DNA of 64,000 nt from Marsupella aquatica. Its lineage: Eukaryota; Plantae; Marchantiophyta. The notes beneath the pieces are model-generated. The model was not told the origin of the DNA. It was given only the letters and a program-made list of their open reading frames with translations, and made no database searches. Position 1 is the stretch's first letter. Every line of letters starts with the position of its first letter. Where the stretch lies: NCBI GenBank assembly GCA_973895155.1, contig OZ316896.1, positions 5,880,166-5,944,165 on the forward strand, given 5' to 3'. A program made the position numbers and the translations under genes. Of this stretch, positions 61,000-64,000 are shown one piece after another.

Positions 61000-63289
61000 T
61001 CTGCTAGTACTTTTGTTGGCACTCTTTAACACTAGTAACTTGAGCACCAGTCCTGAGCTTTTTATTTGTCCTGAATGCCCATTGGTTGAATGATAATAGA
61101 GAGGATGACAAAATCCAGCATACGTCATCATTCTGATATACAATATATCATATATGTCATACTCTCCATCCACCTACATTAGTACATTTGGTGGGGACCT
61201 AGATTTACAGTCTAGAGACTAGACTTCACTCTAGAAGCTTAGACTCCAATTATAACTATAATTTGTCAATTGGTAGTAAGATAATAATAAAAACCTTAGA
61301 TTTGCAATTATACTAGCCCCATTACCCTACCTTCAACCTACAAAGATATGAAGAAAAAAAATCTTGCACATTAATATTTCTATGTTATTTTGTTAATCTT
61401 TATCTCATACTTTTTTTTGTCCACCTTCATTTCAGTTTTGTCTTTATTTGAAGTTAATATCATTTTTGTTCATTCTCGTTTTAAGTTTTTATTGAGATTC
61501 ATGATCCCTTTTGTCTATACTGGGGTTGGAGTCTAGAGGCTTCACTCTGGAACCTAGGCCCTTAAGAGTATATTTCTTTTGCACTTTTATAATAAGATAT
61601 GACAAGAGAATGCAACACCTCTAGAGAAAGGTCTTCCATGTGAACCATATTGGACTCTATGGTCACGATTTGGCTACTACATGTACCAAGGATGGCCAAG
61701 ATCCGTCTACATCACGCACAGCATCACTATCAATGTCAAAGGTTTCAATTCTTCTAACCAAGGTTAACCTTAGCTAATAACGTTTGGTACAAACTTAGTG
61801 AAATTGCGAAAATGATTAGGGACGACCTATCTTGGCCATCTACTGTATAGTCTGTCCAATTACAGATCTTGACCAAAAGGCATTCCAATCATGAAAAGTA
61901 TCACATTATAATGAATTCTGACAAAATCTTGATAACCTGATAAGTCTTCGATCAAAAGAATCCTCCGACATTAAAAATTGTAAATATGTGAAGTGGGTGG
62001 GAGCTCGTCAATCCAATCTTCTCCATATAGGACAGCCCCTACAAAATTATGACTGATTGCTTGTAAAACAATTAAACAAACGAGCGAAGATAATTTAGTG
62101 AAGACCATAACTCTTGTCGTAGCCTTTCTCGGGGTGCGAGCCTGTGAACTTTTGCTTGCATGAACTTTTGGTTGGATAGGGGAGGGAGTGTGGAACAGAT
62201 AGGATATTATCCACTCCATAGCTTCTATCCATCTATCGTCCTTTCTCTCATTTGAGGATGAGGCGTTTCTCGAAAGTGATTACAATCTGTGTAGCTCTGC
62301 ATGAGCGAAAGGTGTCATGTTCACGTCCAGGTATTCATCCCTACGCACAGTACGAGTTATCTGGTTTGAGTCATATGGTTCTCAGTAAGTTTGGACTTTT
62401 TAGTCCAGATTGAATTACTCCCAGCCTCTTGAATCCTCTATCTATGATCCATGTACAGCCACAAATTCTCCAATATCCAGTATCTGACATGTCAATGGAC
62501 TCTACAGCACTCATTAAGTGTCAAAAGAGTACGACAATAATGTCCAGAAACAATAAATTAAAAGATGAAATGTGTGTCAGTCTATGGCCCCGAAGCTATG
62601 ACACTTTCGCGCTGCTTTAATATAGTTTTTAATATATATAATTAAATGACACCGTTTGGCTCGTACCAGTATCGTAGAAGCTCCAATGGAACACAATGTT
62701 TGACAAGATGATTGAAAAGACCCCATTAGTGTGGTAACTTTTGAATGTGTACTTAATTTCAATAGCACTTTTTGACCAGCATCAGACAAGCTCCCAGTGG
62801 ACAACAATGCAAAACACGATGCTCGAATAAACTCTATGACATTCCAGTATCCTAATATCATAAAAATTATCCAATGATATTATTTGACCAAAATAACAAA
62901 AGCTCCCAAAGACCACAATGTTAGACAAGATGCTCACATAGACCTTAGAACACTTTGGCAAATGTCTATTATAAATTCTAATTTTATCAAATAGGAGTGC
63001 TTGATAGATTGAAACACCCATAAACCACAATGTTTGGCAAAATGCTCCTATGTACTGCAAACCTTTCATTTGTTTAAATGCTCACCAATTGGAATCTCCA
63101 AACATTCCTTGGTCTAAGTATGGCCTCTTGTGGTCAAAGCTTGTGGTCCATCCAAGCATCAACTTCCTATTTGACCAGGATAACACATCCATCTAATAAA
63201 GAGTGATTGTGATCAATACCTAAAAAAAGTTGTGTTATTGCAATTGACACTGGCTAGACTTTAGGTTGCATTTTCTGTGTCAAGCAAGA

Positions 63290-64000
63290 GTAACTTTGCC
63301 CTTCCATTTGGTGTCATGGAATGTCTGTGGTCTCTACAAGCCGAGCTATGAACTGAACCAAAATAATGTTGCACAAAATTGGATCAGTTCCCTAAAATTT
63401 CAACTACACATTTTGGCCCTACAAGAAGTGAAAAACAATCAATTTGGGCTTCATATTGCGCTGCAAGCTATCCTCCCTTGTTAATAGCACTTCTCATCTG
63501 CTACGGACTTAGGAAATTAAGGTACCACATAACTATTGCACTTGGGTATTAAGTAGAATCCTGTTGTTCCTTAGATCACACTAGTGCGGTCTGGATAAAG
63601 GCTAAATTCAATGAAAGGAAATTTTGGATTATCAATGTCTACTCACCTAACTCCCAACAACAACTGGCACTTCTATGGCATGAGCTTAAGACCATTTTCC
63701 TTCACGGGCAATGATTTCTTTGAGGCAACTTTAACATGACTGAATCCTTGGAGTATTTCTCAAGAAACTTGCCTTGCATAAAAGGTTGGGAGGCTGAATT
63801 TTGGTGATTCTTGAAAATCAAGTTTGACCTTCACAATGCCTTGAGGCTCTCATTTTACTTGGAGGTGTGTTTAACAACCCGCAGTGGATGTTGGATCCAT
63901 TCTACTATAGTGATCAAGCTTGGTGGTTGAACGTACTCTGCTGGCTGCTTGATTCGTGGTGGGGATTGTGCATTATTGGATCATGACCCTTCAAAGAAAA
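63290..64000 (+). pseudogene. Degraded L1/Tx1-type LINE AP-endonuclease
   Basis: LVSWNVCGL, ILALQEVK, INVYSPN and GNFNMTE fragments with stops and frameshifts. Confidence 0.75.

Overview
Eukaryotic land-plant nuclear DNA, probably a bryophyte or liverwort (inferred from the gene set, GT-AG introns and TE types). Host genes: PsbR, a divergent histone H2A, a RING-FYVE-SYLF protein, a CRAL-TRIO protein, a GT92/DUF23 glycosyltransferase and a beta-carbonic anhydrase. These are interspersed with TE relics: a solo LTR, a Copia fragment, a non-autonomous Helitron, two CRE-type LINEs, an L1 endonuclease relic and MITE-like elements. The standout is a 14,760-bp DNA transposon (1220-15979) with 25-bp TIRs and a 4-bp ATGG TSD, inserted in a satellite upstream of PsbR. 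Its two arms are transcribed divergently. The right arm carries a decayed ~1,230-aa Sola1-like DD(D/E) transposase with three N-terminal TnpA-like domains. The left arm carries a spliced ParB-like + beta-class N4C/N6A methyltransferase-like fusion and an FCP1/HAD phosphatase-like gene. The element also holds about 16 copies of a 17-bp palindrome CTCGAGA-N3-TCTCGAG, many in predicted introns, and a compact tRNA-like structure. All family assignments are by motif recognition only; no database searches were run.
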